From Clostridia bacterium (GTDB lineage Bacteria > Bacillota > Clostridia > Christensenellales > CAG-138): 64,000 nt of DNA. Positions 47,946-58,639 of this stretch are shown here, piece by piece. How positions within the stretch are numbered: the first letter of the stretch is position 1; the number at the start of each line of letters is the position of its first letter. The stretch lies in assembly GCA_017525875.1 (NCBI GenBank), contig JAFXSG010000045.1, positions 12,276 through 76,275 on the forward strand, read 5' to 3'. The notes beneath the pieces were generated by a model. The model was not told where the DNA came from. It was given only the letters and a program-made list of their open reading frames with translations, and did not search any database. Position numbers and translations under genes: made by a program.

Positions 47946-49033
47946 ACACAAAAAACACCGTAAAGACGGACAAAACGTTGCGATGTGTCAGGGCTGCAGC
48001 ATTACTGCTTGCCGTTCTGCTGACCGTCTGCGCATGCTCCGTGAAACCTCCCCGGGAGGTGCCGACTGCCGAGCCGCAGACGGCTTCACCGACCGAAACA
48101 GCGTCCGTTGATGTATCGGAACCGGCCGCTGCGCCGAGCACGGCAGCACCCATCGCACAGACCGGATACACAAATCCGGTACCCCAAAGCTATACCGAAG
48201 AATCGGCTCATCCGGGCAGCATCGTCACGCTCAGCTACGACTCGAAGGATTATTTGCGTGGCGACGCCCCGATCATCAAGACCGCTCAGATCTATCTCCC
48301 ATACAGTTACGATGAAAACTCGGAAGAACGCTATGACGTTCTCTATCTTATGCACGGCTGGACGGGGAATGAGGGCGAATTCTTCACAGTGCTCGGCGGC
48401 AAGATAAAGAGACTGCTCGACAACATGATCGACGGGGGCAGCATAGCACCGCTCATCGTGGTCGGAGCCGCTTTTTACAACGAAAACAGCGATACGGGCT
48501 TTTACGAATCAGTCGATGAACTGTGCGTTTTTCACTGTGATTTCAGAGAAAACCTGATGCCCGCCGTGGAGTCCCGGTTCCGCACGTATGCCACTTCCGT
48601 TTCGGAAGAGGATCTCATCGCATCGCGCGATCACCGTGCCTTCGGAGGCTTCTCAATGGGCTCTGCAACCACATGGAACGAGTTTTGCTATGACAGTGAA
48701 TTCATCCGCTGGTACCTTCCGATGAGCGGCGGATGCATTTGCTTCGGCGGTTGGGACGATTATGATACGCAGCGCACCTGCGACTATTTCGAACAGCTCA
48801 TCGCGGAGAAGAGCCTGGATGAACGCGGGTTCTTCATCTATTCCGCAACCGGCACAGAGGATTGGCTGAAATATCAGGTGGACGATCTGATGAACGAGAT
48901 GCTGAAACGCCCTTCGGTATTCACACCCGTTCATCTCGCTTACTATCTGAAGCAGGGCGGCGTCCATAATCACGACGCAGTGATGGAGTATATGTATAAC
49001 GCTCTGCCGCTTTTTTTCAGAGGAGATAACTGA
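47936..49033 (+). CDS. secreted alpha/beta-hydrolase (putative esterase family) lipoprotein
   Basis: Signal LLAVLLTVCAC; YLPYSYDENSEERYDVLYLMHGWTGNE and the GFSMGS nucleophile elbow. Confidence 0.7.
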   Translation: MAINTKNTVKTDKTLRCVRAAALLLAVLLTVCACSVKPPREVPTAEPQTASPTETASVDVSEPAAAPSTAAPIAQTGYTNPVPQSYTEESAHPGSIVTLSYDSKDYLRGDAPIIKTAQIYLPYSYDENSEERYDVLYLMHGWTGNEGEFFTVLGGKIKRLLDNMIDGGSIAPLIVVGAAFYNENSDTGFYESVDELCVFHCDFRENLMPAVESRFRTYATSVSEEDLIASRDHRAFGGFSMGSATTWNEFCYDSEFIRWYLPMSGGCICFGGWDDYDTQRTCDYFEQLIAEKSLDERGFFIYSATGTEDWLKYQVDDLMNEMLKRPSVFTPVHLAYYLKQGGVHNHDAVMEYMYNALPLFFRGDN

Positions 49034-49894
49034 ATGAACGTGATCGATGCGAGCAGGATAGACTCAGCGTATGAAAACGGGGCTTTCAGCCTTGACCGGT
49101 GGAAAGAGTACATCCGTAAAGCGTTTCCGCCCGCGGAAACGCTCTGCCTTGACGACCTTGAAGAATGCCTGAAAGCAGGGCTGTCTTGGGAAAACGATTA
49201 TCTTCCGATGCTGAATCAGGCATATCAAAACGCGGCAGCCCGCGCCCGCGCGCTCGCATCGTTTCGATCCCTGACCGTTGACCTGAACGATCGCGTACGC
49301 AGCGTTTTCGGCCGGGAGCTCGATGCGGACCTCGTGCTTTATCTCGGCCTTGGGAGCGGCGCGGGCTGGGTAACGCAGCTCGGCGGAAGGACTGCGGTGC
49401 TGTTTGGGATCGAAAAGATAGTCGAGCTTGGCTGGGAAGGCGAAAAGTCGATGACAGGGCTGATCTATCATGAACTCGGGCACGTATACCAACGTCAGCA
49501 CGGCGTGCTTGACCGGGAGTTCGCTGAAAATGCCGACAGATTCCTTTGGCAGCTTTTCACGGAAGGCGTTGCGATGGTGTTCGAGCAAATGCTCGCCGGC
49601 GACGAAGAATACTTCCATCAATACGACGAGGAATGGGCTGAATGGTGCGGCGCGAATCTCCGCAGGATCGCAAATGATTTCAATTCCGATCTCGGTTCGA
49701 TGACGTTTGAAAACCAACGCTATTTCGGCGATTGGGTGGAATACGACGGCCGCGGCGACACGGGCTATTACCTCGGCGCTCGCTTCGTCCAAAGGATCAT
49801 GAAAACGCATCCCTTTGACGAGCTTATAAACTTCGATATCGACGAAGTCAAAGCTCGGTTCAAAGCTTTCCTGAACGATCTAAATGAAGAATAA
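49034..49894 (+). CDS. hypothetical protein with HExxH motif (possible zinc peptidase)
   Basis: 286 aa containing LIYHELGHVYQ. There is no further family evidence. Confidence 0.4.
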   Translation: MNVIDASRIDSAYENGAFSLDRWKEYIRKAFPPAETLCLDDLEECLKAGLSWENDYLPMLNQAYQNAAARARALASFRSLTVDLNDRVRSVFGRELDADLVLYLGLGSGAGWVTQLGGRTAVLFGIEKIVELGWEGEKSMTGLIYHELGHVYQRQHGVLDREFAENADRFLWQLFTEGVAMVFEQMLAGDEEYFHQYDEEWAEWCGANLRRIANDFNSDLGSMTFENQRYFGDWVEYDGRGDTGYYLGARFVQRIMKTHPFDELINFDIDEVKARFKAFLNDLNEE

Positions 49895-49908
49895 TGGGAG
49901 GAAACAAC

Positions 49909-50538
49909 ATGGCAAAGGTATTATTGATAAACGGAAGCCCGCACACTGGCGGCTGCACCGCGACCGCGCTCTCGGAAATGATCGGCGTCTTTACCGAAGA
50001 AGGGATCGGGACCGAGCTCATAACGGTCGGAAACAAACCGATCCGCGGCTGTATCTCCTGCAATACCTGCGGGCGCCTCGGGAAATGTGTGTTCGACGAC
50101 GACCTTGTGAACGAGGTGGCTGATAAGTTCCGCGAAGCGGACGGGCTTGTTGTCGGCAGCCCGGTGTACTACGCTTCACCGAACGGAACTCTCATCTCAT
50201 TCCTCGATAGGCTGTTTTACAGCACGTCGTTTTCAAAACAAATGAAGGTCGGCGCTGCAGTAGTAAGCTGCCGTCGCGGGGGCAATACTGCTTCGTTCGA
50301 CGTGATCAACAAGTACTTCTCGATAAGCGGGATGCCCATTGCAACAAGCAATTATTGGAATCAGGTCCACGGCTTCACCGCGGAGGACGTTAAAAAGGAT
50401 CTTGAAGGTCTCCAAACCATGCGCAACCTTGCCCGCAGCATGGCGTTCATGATCCGTGCGATCGCGGACGCAAAAGCAAAATACGGCCTGCCGGAAATGG
50501 AACGCGGTATGTTTACGAGTTTTCCGGACGGAAAGTGA
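49909..50538 (+). CDS. flavodoxin-like NAD(P)H-dependent FMN reductase / iron-sulfur flavoprotein
   Basis: MAKVLLINGSPHTGGCT...GSPVYYASPNG. Start 6 nt after GGGAGGA. Confidence 0.75.
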   Translation: MAKVLLINGSPHTGGCTATALSEMIGVFTEEGIGTELITVGNKPIRGCISCNTCGRLGKCVFDDDLVNEVADKFREADGLVVGSPVYYASPNGTLISFLDRLFYSTSFSKQMKVGAAVVSCRRGGNTASFDVINKYFSISGMPIATSNYWNQVHGFTAEDVKKDLEGLQTMRNLARSMAFMIRAIADAKAKYGLPEMERGMFTSFPDGK

Positions 50539-50547
50539 GGAAAAGCT

Positions 50548-51624
50548 ATGGCGACAGACTGCATTGAACTGATCAGGGAACTTTCCGATGCATTCGGACC
50601 GTCCGGCTTTGAAGACGACGTGCTGTCCGTGATCCGCAAGTACGCCGGCAGGTTCGGCAGGATAGAGGAGGACAGGCTGCGCAATCTGTACGTTTACCGC
50701 AGCGAAAACACCGGCGACAAGCCCGTGCTGATGCTCGACGCGCATTCCGACGAAGTCGGCCTGATGGTGCAGGCGGTGCGTCCGAACGGAACGGTCAAAT
50801 TCCTCCCGCTCGGCGGTTGGAACAAGCCTTCGCTCCCGGGGAGCCGGATGCTCATCCGCAACGCTGAAGGCAAGCTCATTACCGGCATCGTCGCCGCTAA
50901 ACCCGTCCATTTTATGACAGCAGCCGAAAAGGAAAGCACGGCTTTCGAGATCGCGGATCTCAGCCTTGACGTCGGTGCGGTCTCGAAGGCGGAAACGGAA
51001 GAGCTCTTCCGCATAGCGCCGGGCGATTCGATCGTTCCCCTAACGGAGTTCCGTTACGACGCGGAGCGAGGTCTGCTTTTCGGCAAAGCGTTTGACTGCC
51101 GTATCGGCTGTGCCGCGCTGATAGAAACGCTTTCGAGGCTTTCCGGCAGGGAACTGTCTTTCGACGTCGTCGCCGTGTTTTCCTCGCAGGAGGAAGTTGG
51201 AGAACGCGGCGTGCAGGCAGCCGTGAAAAAGGTCTCTCCGGATATCGCCGTCTGCTTTGAAGGCTGTCCTGCGGACGACACTTTCACCGAACCCTGGCTC
51301 ACTCAGACAGCGCTGCGCCGCGGGCCGATGCTGCGCCACATGGATAAGTCGGTGATCTGCAATCCCCGATTCATGCGTTGGGCAACGGACACCGCAAAGC
51401 AAAGCGGCATCCCCGTCCAGTGTGCAGTGCGCGAAGGCGGCGGAAACAACGGCGCAGTGATAAACATTTCGCAGGGTGCAGTTCCCGTGATCGTCGCGGG
51501 CGTGCCGGTACGCTATATCCATTCTCCAAACTGCATTGCGGCGTACAGCGACTTTGAGAACACCGTCCGCCTTGCCGTAAGACTTGCGGAGAACATGACC
51601 CCTGCTGTCACGGATTCATTCTGA
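50548..51624 (+). CDS. M42 family metallopeptidase
   Basis: VLMLDAHSDEVGLMV, FDCRIGCA, SSQEEVGERG and YIHSP are typical of FrvX/M42 enzymes. Confidence 0.85.
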   Translation: MATDCIELIRELSDAFGPSGFEDDVLSVIRKYAGRFGRIEEDRLRNLYVYRSENTGDKPVLMLDAHSDEVGLMVQAVRPNGTVKFLPLGGWNKPSLPGSRMLIRNAEGKLITGIVAAKPVHFMTAAEKESTAFEIADLSLDVGAVSKAETEELFRIAPGDSIVPLTEFRYDAERGLLFGKAFDCRIGCAALIETLSRLSGRELSFDVVAVFSSQEEVGERGVQAAVKKVSPDIAVCFEGCPADDTFTEPWLTQTALRRGPMLRHMDKSVICNPRFMRWATDTAKQSGIPVQCAVREGGGNNGAVINISQGAVPVIVAGVPVRYIHSPNCIAAYSDFENTVRLAVRLAENMTPAVTDSF

Positions 51625-51643
51625 CAGGCAGAACGGAGGAAGC

Positions 51644-52960
51644 ATGAGCAAACGCAGATTCTATCTTGCACTCGTCATTTTCGCCCTCACAGGTCAGGTG
51701 GCGTGGGTCGTGGAGAACATGTATTTCAATGTGTTCATCTACAAAATGTTCAACGCATCCGCATCGGATATCTCGCTTATGGTACAGGCGAGCGCAGTTG
51801 CGGCAACTCTAACCACGATCTTCATCGGAGCGCTTTCGGACAGGCTGCAAAAGCGAAAGATCTTCATGTGTCTCGGCTACGTGCTCTGGGGCATATCCAT
51901 CCTCGCCTTTGCGCTGATAAGGCTCGATCTGATCTCGGCCGCATTCGGAAAGGCGGCGAACACGGCGGCGATAGCGATCACCGCGGTCATTATTCTGGAC
52001 TGCGTTATGACCTTCTTCGGCTCCTCGGCAAACGACGCAGCATACAACGCGTGGCTCACCGACCGCACGGATGAAACGAACCGGGGCAGGACGGAGGGCA
52101 TAAACTCCATGATGCCGCTTATCGCGATCCTCATCGTATTCGGAGGGTTCATGGGCTTTGATCTGAACCTTGCGTCGAGCTGGACGATCATTTACGTCAT
52201 AATCGGGGCTGCGGTGCTGCTGATCGGCGTGCTCGGCTTCTTCATAGTGGAGGATGCTCCCGCAAAAAAGGCGGACGATTGCGGCTATATGGCAACGATC
52301 CTTTACGGTTTCCGTCCGTCGGTCATCCGCAAAAACTCGGGCCTGTACTTCACCCTCATCGGGTTTATCGTTTTCGGTATCTCGATCCAGGTCTTCATGC
52401 CGTATCTGATAATCTATTATGAACAGACGCTGGGCATGAGTGATTATGTGCTGATAATGGCTCCGGCGATAATCCTTGCGGCGGTCGTGACCGTGCTTTA
52501 CGGCAAGCTGATAGACAGATTCGGCTTCGAAAAGACCGTGCTTCCGTCACTTGGCATGCTCATCCTCGGTTATATCCTCCTCTTCGTTTTCCCCGGTGTG
52601 ATAAGCGTTTCCGGCTTAGCAATGAAAGCGCCCGTGTTCATCGGCTCACTCCTCATGATGAGCGGGTATCTTACCGGGATGGCGGTCTTCGGCGCAAAGA
52701 TCAGAAACGAGACTCCTGAGCGCATGGCGGGCCGCTTCCAGGGCCTGCGCATCATTGCACAGGTGCTCGTTCCGGGCGTGATCGGTCCTGCGATCGGCGC
52801 CGCAGTGCTGAAAAATGCGGATACGATCGTGAATAACGACGGTACGACTTCGTTCCTGCCTTCAAATGCTATATTCCTTGCCGCGCTCATCGTAGCATTG
52901 GTGCTCACCGTACTTCTCGTTTTGTATTTCGCCGTGAAGCGCAGGCGCAGCGAAAGGTAA
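51644..52960 (+). CDS. MFS transporter
   Basis: 438 aa with about 12 TM segments and the GALSDRLQKRK loop motif. Confidence 0.8.
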   Translation: MSKRRFYLALVIFALTGQVAWVVENMYFNVFIYKMFNASASDISLMVQASAVAATLTTIFIGALSDRLQKRKIFMCLGYVLWGISILAFALIRLDLISAAFGKAANTAAIAITAVIILDCVMTFFGSSANDAAYNAWLTDRTDETNRGRTEGINSMMPLIAILIVFGGFMGFDLNLASSWTIIYVIIGAAVLLIGVLGFFIVEDAPAKKADDCGYMATILYGFRPSVIRKNSGLYFTLIGFIVFGISIQVFMPYLIIYYEQTLGMSDYVLIMAPAIILAAVVTVLYGKLIDRFGFEKTVLPSLGMLILGYILLFVFPGVISVSGLAMKAPVFIGSLLMMSGYLTGMAVFGAKIRNETPERMAGRFQGLRIIAQVLVPGVIGPAIGAAVLKNADTIVNNDGTTSFLPSNAIFLAALIVALVLTVLLVLYFAVKRRRSER

Positions 52961-52964
52961 ACCC

Positions 52965-54677
52965 ATGCCCAAACATGCCGGATACCAAAAACTCTATACT
53001 GCAGAAGGCGAAAACCTTGGGACCGTACCGTGGCAGGAGTATCCGCGCCCGCAGCTCGTGCGGCGTGATTGGCTCTTGCTGAACGGCGAGTGGGAGTTTT
53101 CCTGCGAAAGCGGAACGGGCACGATAACCGTTCCGTTCAGCCCGGAAAGCCTGTTGTCGGGCTTCAAAGGCAAACTGCGATACGGTGAAAAGCTCCGCTA
53201 TCGCCGCGGTTTCACGCTGCCTGAAGAATGGCAGGGCAGGAGGATCATCATCCATTTCGGCGCGGTAAGCCGAAGCTGCGGCGTTTTCATAAACGGGGCA
53301 TTGGCGGCGGAGCATAACAACGCCTATCTGCCGTTCTATTCTGATATAACGGATCTGATAAAACCGGGCGAAAACACTGTTGAAGTCGATTGCGTTAACG
53401 ATCTTGACCCGCACTATCCCTACGGCAAGCAGAAACTGAACCGCGGAGGCATGTGGTACACGCCCGTCAGCGGAATATGGCAGACGGTATGGCTCGAACC
53501 CGTGCCGGAGGATCATATCGAGCGCCTAATCATCTCATGCGATATGACCGGGGCGGATATCGAAGTGGTCGGCGTAACCGAGGGTACGGTGCTTTTTGAC
53601 GGCAGCGAGTACAAACTCGAATGCGGAAAATGCCGCATCGAGCCCGTGGACCCAAAGCTCTGGTCGCCTAACGAGCCGAATCTCTATGACTTTTGCGTTA
53701 AAAGCGGCGAGGATGAAGTCAGCTCCTATTTTGCCCTGCGCAGTCTCTCAACGGAAACCGTGGACGGCATGCCTCGGCTGATGCTGAATGGCGAACCGTT
53801 CTTTTTCCACGGCCTGCTCGATCAGGGCTATTTCAGCGACGGACTCTACACACCCGCATCACCCAAGCTGTTCGAACAGGATATCCTTCGGATGAAATCG
53901 CTTGGCTTCAACACGCTCCGCAAACATATCAAGATCGAACCTGAGCGTTTTTATTATGACTGCGATCGTCTTGGAATGGTCGTATTCCAGGACATGGTGA
54001 ACAACGGAAAATACAGCTTCCTGCGAGACACACTGCTGCCGACGCTCGGAATAAAGCGCCTTGGCGACAAACGTCCCGGAGTCGATTCCGAGACAAAACA
54101 GCAGTTTTTAACTGCAATGGAAGAAACGGTCGGCATGCTCTCGAACCATCCGTCGATCTGCCTTTGGACCATCTTCAACGAGGGCTGGGGTCAGTTCGAT
54201 GCGGATGACGCATACCAAAAGCTGAAAACGCTCGACAGCAGCCGCTTTATCGACTCAACGAGCGGCTGGTTCCACAGAACAAAAACGGACGTCGACAGCC
54301 AGCATATCTATTTCGGATGGCTGCATAACGGAAAAAACAGCGCGCTCCCGCAGGTGCTTTCGGAGTTCGGAGGGTACGTGCTAAAACTGCCCGGGCATAG
54401 CTTCAATACCGAAAAAACGTATGGCTACAAACTCTTTCAAAATCGTGCTAAGTTCGTCAGAGCTATGCGCGAGACCTATATTCTGGAGGTCGTTCCCCTT
54501 GCCGAAAAAGGACTGTGCGCTTCGATATGGACGCAGGTGTCGGACGTTGAGGATGAAACGAACGGGCTTTTGACCTACGACCGCCGCATGATGAAGCTTG
54601 GACCCGATGAGTTTGCGGATATCGCAGAAAAGCTTTTTAACGCAGTCAGAAAGAAAACGAGCAAAGACGATGAATGA
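52965..54677 (+). CDS. glycoside hydrolase family 2 protein
   Basis: GAVSRSCGVFINGA...HNNAYLPF sugar-binding domain and TIM-barrel motifs FNTLRKHIK and WTIFNEGWGQ. Confidence 0.8.
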   Translation: MPKHAGYQKLYTAEGENLGTVPWQEYPRPQLVRRDWLLLNGEWEFSCESGTGTITVPFSPESLLSGFKGKLRYGEKLRYRRGFTLPEEWQGRRIIIHFGAVSRSCGVFINGALAAEHNNAYLPFYSDITDLIKPGENTVEVDCVNDLDPHYPYGKQKLNRGGMWYTPVSGIWQTVWLEPVPEDHIERLIISCDMTGADIEVVGVTEGTVLFDGSEYKLECGKCRIEPVDPKLWSPNEPNLYDFCVKSGEDEVSSYFALRSLSTETVDGMPRLMLNGEPFFFHGLLDQGYFSDGLYTPASPKLFEQDILRMKSLGFNTLRKHIKIEPERFYYDCDRLGMVVFQDMVNNGKYSFLRDTLLPTLGIKRLGDKRPGVDSETKQQFLTAMEETVGMLSNHPSICLWTIFNEGWGQFDADDAYQKLKTLDSSRFIDSTSGWFHRTKTDVDSQHIYFGWLHNGKNSALPQVLSEFGGYVLKLPGHSFNTEKTYGYKLFQNRAKFVRAMRETYILEVVPLAEKGLCASIWTQVSDVEDETNGLLTYDRRMMKLGPDEFADIAEKLFNAVRKKTSKDDE

Positions 54678-55185
54678 TCCTAAAACAAACAAAGCGGATA
54701 AAACTGCGGCGGATATCAGTTACATCTCAGAAAACGAAAAATTCAATTTCAGAGTCTGTGCGATCATCTTGAACGCGGGCAAGCTCCTTGCCATGCATGA
54801 CGAACGTTCGCCCTATTTCTACCTCCCGGGAGGCAGAGTGAAGCTCGGCGAAACTGCGGAGGAGGCTGTTCTGCGCGAGGTGCGCGAAGAACTCCTTATA
54901 GACGCATCCGTCGTCCGCCCGCTTTGGCTGGCGCAGTCGTTTTTCAACGAGGACGTCGATAAGCTGAACTACCACGAACTCTGCCTCTATTTTCTGATCG
55001 ACGTTTCCGCGACCGATCTTTTAGGCAGGGGAGAACGCTTCACGCTTCATGAAGCGAAACACACTCACGAGTTTGAGTGGCTGGCGTTCGAGCGCCTGCG
55101 GGGCGAGTATTTCTATCCGCTGTTTTTAAAGAAGGAAATATTCCGGCTCCCGGAGAGCTTTACTTTGATCACGGAGAGGGAATGA
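54670..55185 (+). CDS. NUDIX hydrolase
   Basis: Nudix box GGRVKLGETAEEAVLREVREEL. Start ATG 54670 overlaps the GH2 stop (ATGAATGA). Confidence 0.8.
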   Translation: MNDPKTNKADKTAADISYISENEKFNFRVCAIILNAGKLLAMHDERSPYFYLPGGRVKLGETAEEAVLREVREELLIDASVVRPLWLAQSFFNEDVDKLNYHELCLYFLIDVSATDLLGRGERFTLHEAKHTHEFEWLAFERLRGEYFYPLFLKKEIFRLPESFTLITERE

Positions 55186-55186
55186 T

Positions 55187-55675
55187 ATGAAGATCGAACC
55201 GTTAACAAAAGCAGACGTCAGGAGCGCTGCGCCGCTTACTGCCGATTTCAGAGTTCAGCTGAACAGCTTCAAAGGCGTCGTATCGGAGCCGGATCGCGCC
55301 GCGGGAGAAGAGGAACTGCTCTATTATCTTGAAAGAGATTTCCCGATGTACGCCGCGAAGGACGGCGACAGGATCGTCGGCTATATAGTTTGCCGTGTTG
55401 ACGAGCCCTGCGTTTGGGCGGAATCGCTGTACGTTATGCCGGAATACAGGAGGCAAGGCGTCGCCTCCGCGCTGTTTGAAAAGGCGGAGCAGCTTGCCGC
55501 GTCCTTCGGGGAGGACACGGTCTACAACTACATTCATCCGAACAACGCTGCGGTCATAGCCTTCCTTAAATCTCGCGGCTATACCGTGCTGAATCTCGTG
55601 GAGGTACGAAAACCTTACGCAGGCGAAGAACTCAGTAAAAAGATCCGCGTAGCGGATGCCGAATTCGATTATTGA
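55187..55675 (+). CDS. GNAT family N-acetyltransferase
   Basis: YRRQGVASALFEKAE acetyl-CoA binding motif. Confidence 0.8.
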   Translation: MKIEPLTKADVRSAAPLTADFRVQLNSFKGVVSEPDRAAGEEELLYYLERDFPMYAAKDGDRIVGYIVCRVDEPCVWAESLYVMPEYRRQGVASALFEKAEQLAASFGEDTVYNYIHPNNAAVIAFLKSRGYTVLNLVEVRKPYAGEELSKKIRVADAEFDY

Positions 55676-55693
55676 CAGAAAAGATAGACCTAA

Positions 55694-55723
55694 GCAAATG
55701 CCGCCCCAAAGGACGGCATTTGC
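55694..55723. terminator. bidirectional terminator hairpin
   Basis: gcaaatgccg/cggcatttgc stem between convergent genes. Confidence 0.65.
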
Positions 55724-55734
55724 TGTTGAAGCGG

Positions 55735-57087
55735 TCAGATGCCGCGCGTCCCGCGAGCCCGCCGCTTTTTCCAGACTGCAAAGCAGATGAAGCACAGAGT
55801 GATCTGCAGCAGGGTGGAGCAGGGGGTAGCGAGCCCGATATGAAACAGTGAAACGGGCGCCTGCCTGCTCATGAAGTACGATACCGGGATCCTGACGAGA
55901 AATGCGCCCACAATGCCCTGCGACATAACAAAACCGGTGTAACCCATGCCGTTGAAGAAGCCGATGAAACAGAACAGAAAACAGGTCAGCAGGCAGTCTA
56001 TGGCATAGGATTTCAGATATTGGGAAGCCGCTTCGATTATCTCGGCATCCTTTGCGAAGATGGAGGAAAGTATGCTGCCATGGAAGAAAGCCATGTAAAA
56101 CATCATTACGCCGAAGAGCGTGGAAATGCCGATCGCAGTCCAAAGCCCGCGTACGGCACGGTCATTCTTGCCCGCACCTCTGTTCTGCGCAGCAAAAGCG
56201 GACATCGACTGCATGAACGCAGCCGGAACGAGCATAATGAAAGCACAGACCTTCTCCGCAACGCCGACGCCGGCGGAAAAGATAAGGCCGAGAGAGTTAA
56301 CGATCGCGAACACAACGAGGAACGAAATACCGACCAGCAGATCCTGCAGCGCGATAGGAGTTCCGAGCTTCAGTATCCGCTTGATTATCGAGCCGTCCCA
56401 CCGGATGCAATCGCGGGTGAACGTGAACGGAAGCTGCCTTCTCCTGATCATCCAAAGGGAAATAAGCACGCTCACAAACTGCGCGAAGACGGTCGCTATC
56501 GCCGCGCCTTTCGTGCCCATCCCGAGCACGGCGATAAGCAGGAAATCCCCGCCGATATTGAAAACACAGGCGATCGCGACCGTCACGAGCGGCGTTTTCG
56601 AGTCGCCGATGCCGCGAAAAACGCTGCCGATAAGATTGTACGCGATAATGACGACGATACCGATACCGCAGATGCGAACGTAGCTCGCGGTTCGGCTGAA
56701 CGCCTGCGCAGGAGCCTGCATGATCCGAGCGAGCTGAGGCGCAAAGCAAGCCATAAGCGCAGTCATGACAGCGCCGACGACGAGGAAAAGCAAGATACCG
56801 CTTCCAACGATCCTTCCGCCCTACTCGGGCTTCTTTTCACCGATCTTTTCGCCGATAAGTATCGTCATTCCCATCGCGAGCGAGCTTATCAGGCCGGTGA
56901 TCGTCATCATGATCTGCGAGCCCGTCGCGACCGCGGAAACGTCCGCCGCTTCCGCGAACTTGCCAACGATCATAAGGTCGACCGCTCCGTACATCGATTG
57001 CAGAAACAGCGCAAACAGCACCGGTCCTACGAACCGGAGCAGAGGCCCCACGATCTTTCCGCTTGTGAAATCTATATTCCTTTCCAT
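55735..57087 (-). pseudogene. MATE family efflux transporter interrupted by one in-frame TAG
   Basis: The two track ORFs (56821-57087 and 55735-56793) are in the same frame. The joined reading is ...LIGEKIGEKKPE*GGRIVGSGILLFLVVG..., continuous MATE-like sequence across the stop at 56821-56823. Confidence 0.75.
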
Positions 57088-57092
57088 TGCCT

Positions 57093-57968
57093 TCAGCTAT
57101 CTGCCGTATTCTTCCGGTAAAACGTGTAGTGCAGTTCCTTGCGGAAACCGAGCTTTTCATAGAAAGCAAGATCCGAGATCACGTACGCTTTCTTTGCGCC
57201 GAGCGCAGCTGCACGCCCGAGCGCTTCGAAGATCACCGCTCGCGCCGCGCCTTTGCCGCGCCATGCGGGAACGGTGCAAACGGGTTCGACGTAGGCATAG
57301 TCGGTCCCACTGCAGAACCACAGGCAGCAATACGAAACAAGTTCGCCGTCCTCGGTCACAGCGCCGACGCTCAGCCTTTGATCAAAATGCACGCGAGCCC
57401 GCGGCGGGGTCTGCCCCGACTGTTCGAATTCACTGCGATCACTGCCGTGGTCAAAGCCCTGCCAGAAAAACCAGGCAAGCGCTTTTTCGTCGGTTCCGGG
57501 TCCGATCTCCTCAAAATGAAGCCCTTCCGGCAGACCGGCGCGGAATGAGCGTGAAAGATCCATGCTCATTATCGTTTCATCCTGCTCGGCGGCGGCAAAT
57601 CCCTCGGCAGCAGCTGCTGCGATCTCGGCCCCGTTCTCATCGCAAACAGCTATGCCAAGACCGGCGTCATCCTTTAATTCCATGTATGCGTACTGTAAAA
57701 CAGCAGCGTACTGCGCTTCATATCCTGGCAGCACGCCGCAGAACGCCTCCCCAAAGTACATATCGTAGATGGCGGCGCCGACGATCCGTTCGCCGTCAAA
57801 CCATAGCCCTATCGAACAGATGGCGGAAAGATCAAATTCAGGATGGCCGTACATCCATTCAAACCGTGCCCAGTTCCAATTGATATGCGTGCAGTCAGCT
57901 CTGTTCAGCTCGATCAGAAAATCGCATAAGGCGTTATAATCGGTTTCAACATACCTGCGAAATTCCAT
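57093..57968 (-). CDS. GNAT family N-acetyltransferase (two-domain)
   Basis: C-terminus VPAWRGKGAARAVIFEALGRA acetyl-CoA motif. 291 aa. Confidence 0.7.
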   Translation of the reverse strand: MEFRRYVETDYNALCDFLIELNRADCTHINWNWARFEWMYGHPEFDLSAICSIGLWFDGERIVGAAIYDMYFGEAFCGVLPGYEAQYAAVLQYAYMELKDDAGLGIAVCDENGAEIAAAAAEGFAAAEQDETIMSMDLSRSFRAGLPEGLHFEEIGPGTDEKALAWFFWQGFDHGSDRSEFEQSGQTPPRARVHFDQRLSVGAVTEDGELVSYCCLWFCSGTDYAYVEPVCTVPAWRGKGAARAVIFEALGRAAALGAKKAYVISDLAFYEKLGFRKELHYTFYRKNTADS

Positions 57969-57995
57969 CTTATCTCCTTATAAGACATTACAGCT

Positions 57996-58613
57996 TTATT
58001 TGGCAAGCGTCAAAATGCCTGCGCAGAATGAGATCTTTGTGAAACAAAGTTTCGGGATCGCCTCTTGCAGCTCGTCGAAAACGAAGTATTGCTCCTCATC
58101 GTCCCATTCATCCCCGGCCTGCATCCTGCAGCTGTCGAGCTCGCTGCGGCAGGCAAAGGCAACGTCTCCGATGAGGATCATGCCGCCCTCGCGAAGAAGA
58201 CCGCGCAGCATGATAATAAACGGGATCTTCTGCTCGTTCGTCAAGTGGTGGAGCGAGTAAGTCGCAATAATAAAATCATAGTTTTGATCAAGCAGCGGTC
58301 CGGCCAAGCCTGCGGCAAAATCTCCGGTAAACAACCGTGCATCCGGCATTTTTTCGGCCGCAAGAGCAGTCATCCGTTCTGAAAAATCCTGCCCGAAGAC
58401 GGTGCAGCCATGCTCGTACAGTTTTGAGGTAAGCGTGCCTGTCCCAAAACCGATGTCGAGCACAACGGCTCCGGGCTTTTTCATTATCGTCCGGAAGATA
58501 CTTCCAAGCACCTCTTTGTACCCGGCAAATGGGTAGCTGTTTTCCTCATCAGAAAGGCCTGCGGCTTTGTCGTAGCCGTCAGCCCAAAGATCAAAACCTT
58601 TATTATCGAGCAT
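57996..58613 (-). CDS. class I SAM-dependent methyltransferase
   Basis: VVLDIGFGTGTLT motif I. Start MLDNKGF (58613), preceded by GGAGG. Confidence 0.8.
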   Translation of the reverse strand: MLDNKGFDLWADGYDKAAGLSDEENSYPFAGYKEVLGSIFRTIMKKPGAVVLDIGFGTGTLTSKLYEHGCTVFGQDFSERMTALAAEKMPDARLFTGDFAAGLAGPLLDQNYDFIIATYSLHHLTNEQKIPFIIMLRGLLREGGMILIGDVAFACRSELDSCRMQAGDEWDDEEQYFVFDELQEAIPKLCFTKISFCAGILTLAK

Positions 58614-58639
58614 ACTGTCCTCCGAGATCCGCGTGCGGT

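Noticed and set aside
47217-50910. Minus-strand ORFs 47217-47951, 49064-49810 and 50233-50910
   Set aside because: They overlap well-supported plus-strand genes (glutaminase/HD hydrolase, HExxH protein, flavoprotein/M42 peptidase). They show Arg-rich shadow composition.
55202-57883. ORFs 55202-56143 (-), 56020-57120 (+) and 56765-57883 (+)
   Set aside because: They lie antisense or out of frame to the GNAT, MATE and GNAT genes. They are extremely Arg/Ser/Pro-rich and have no start context.
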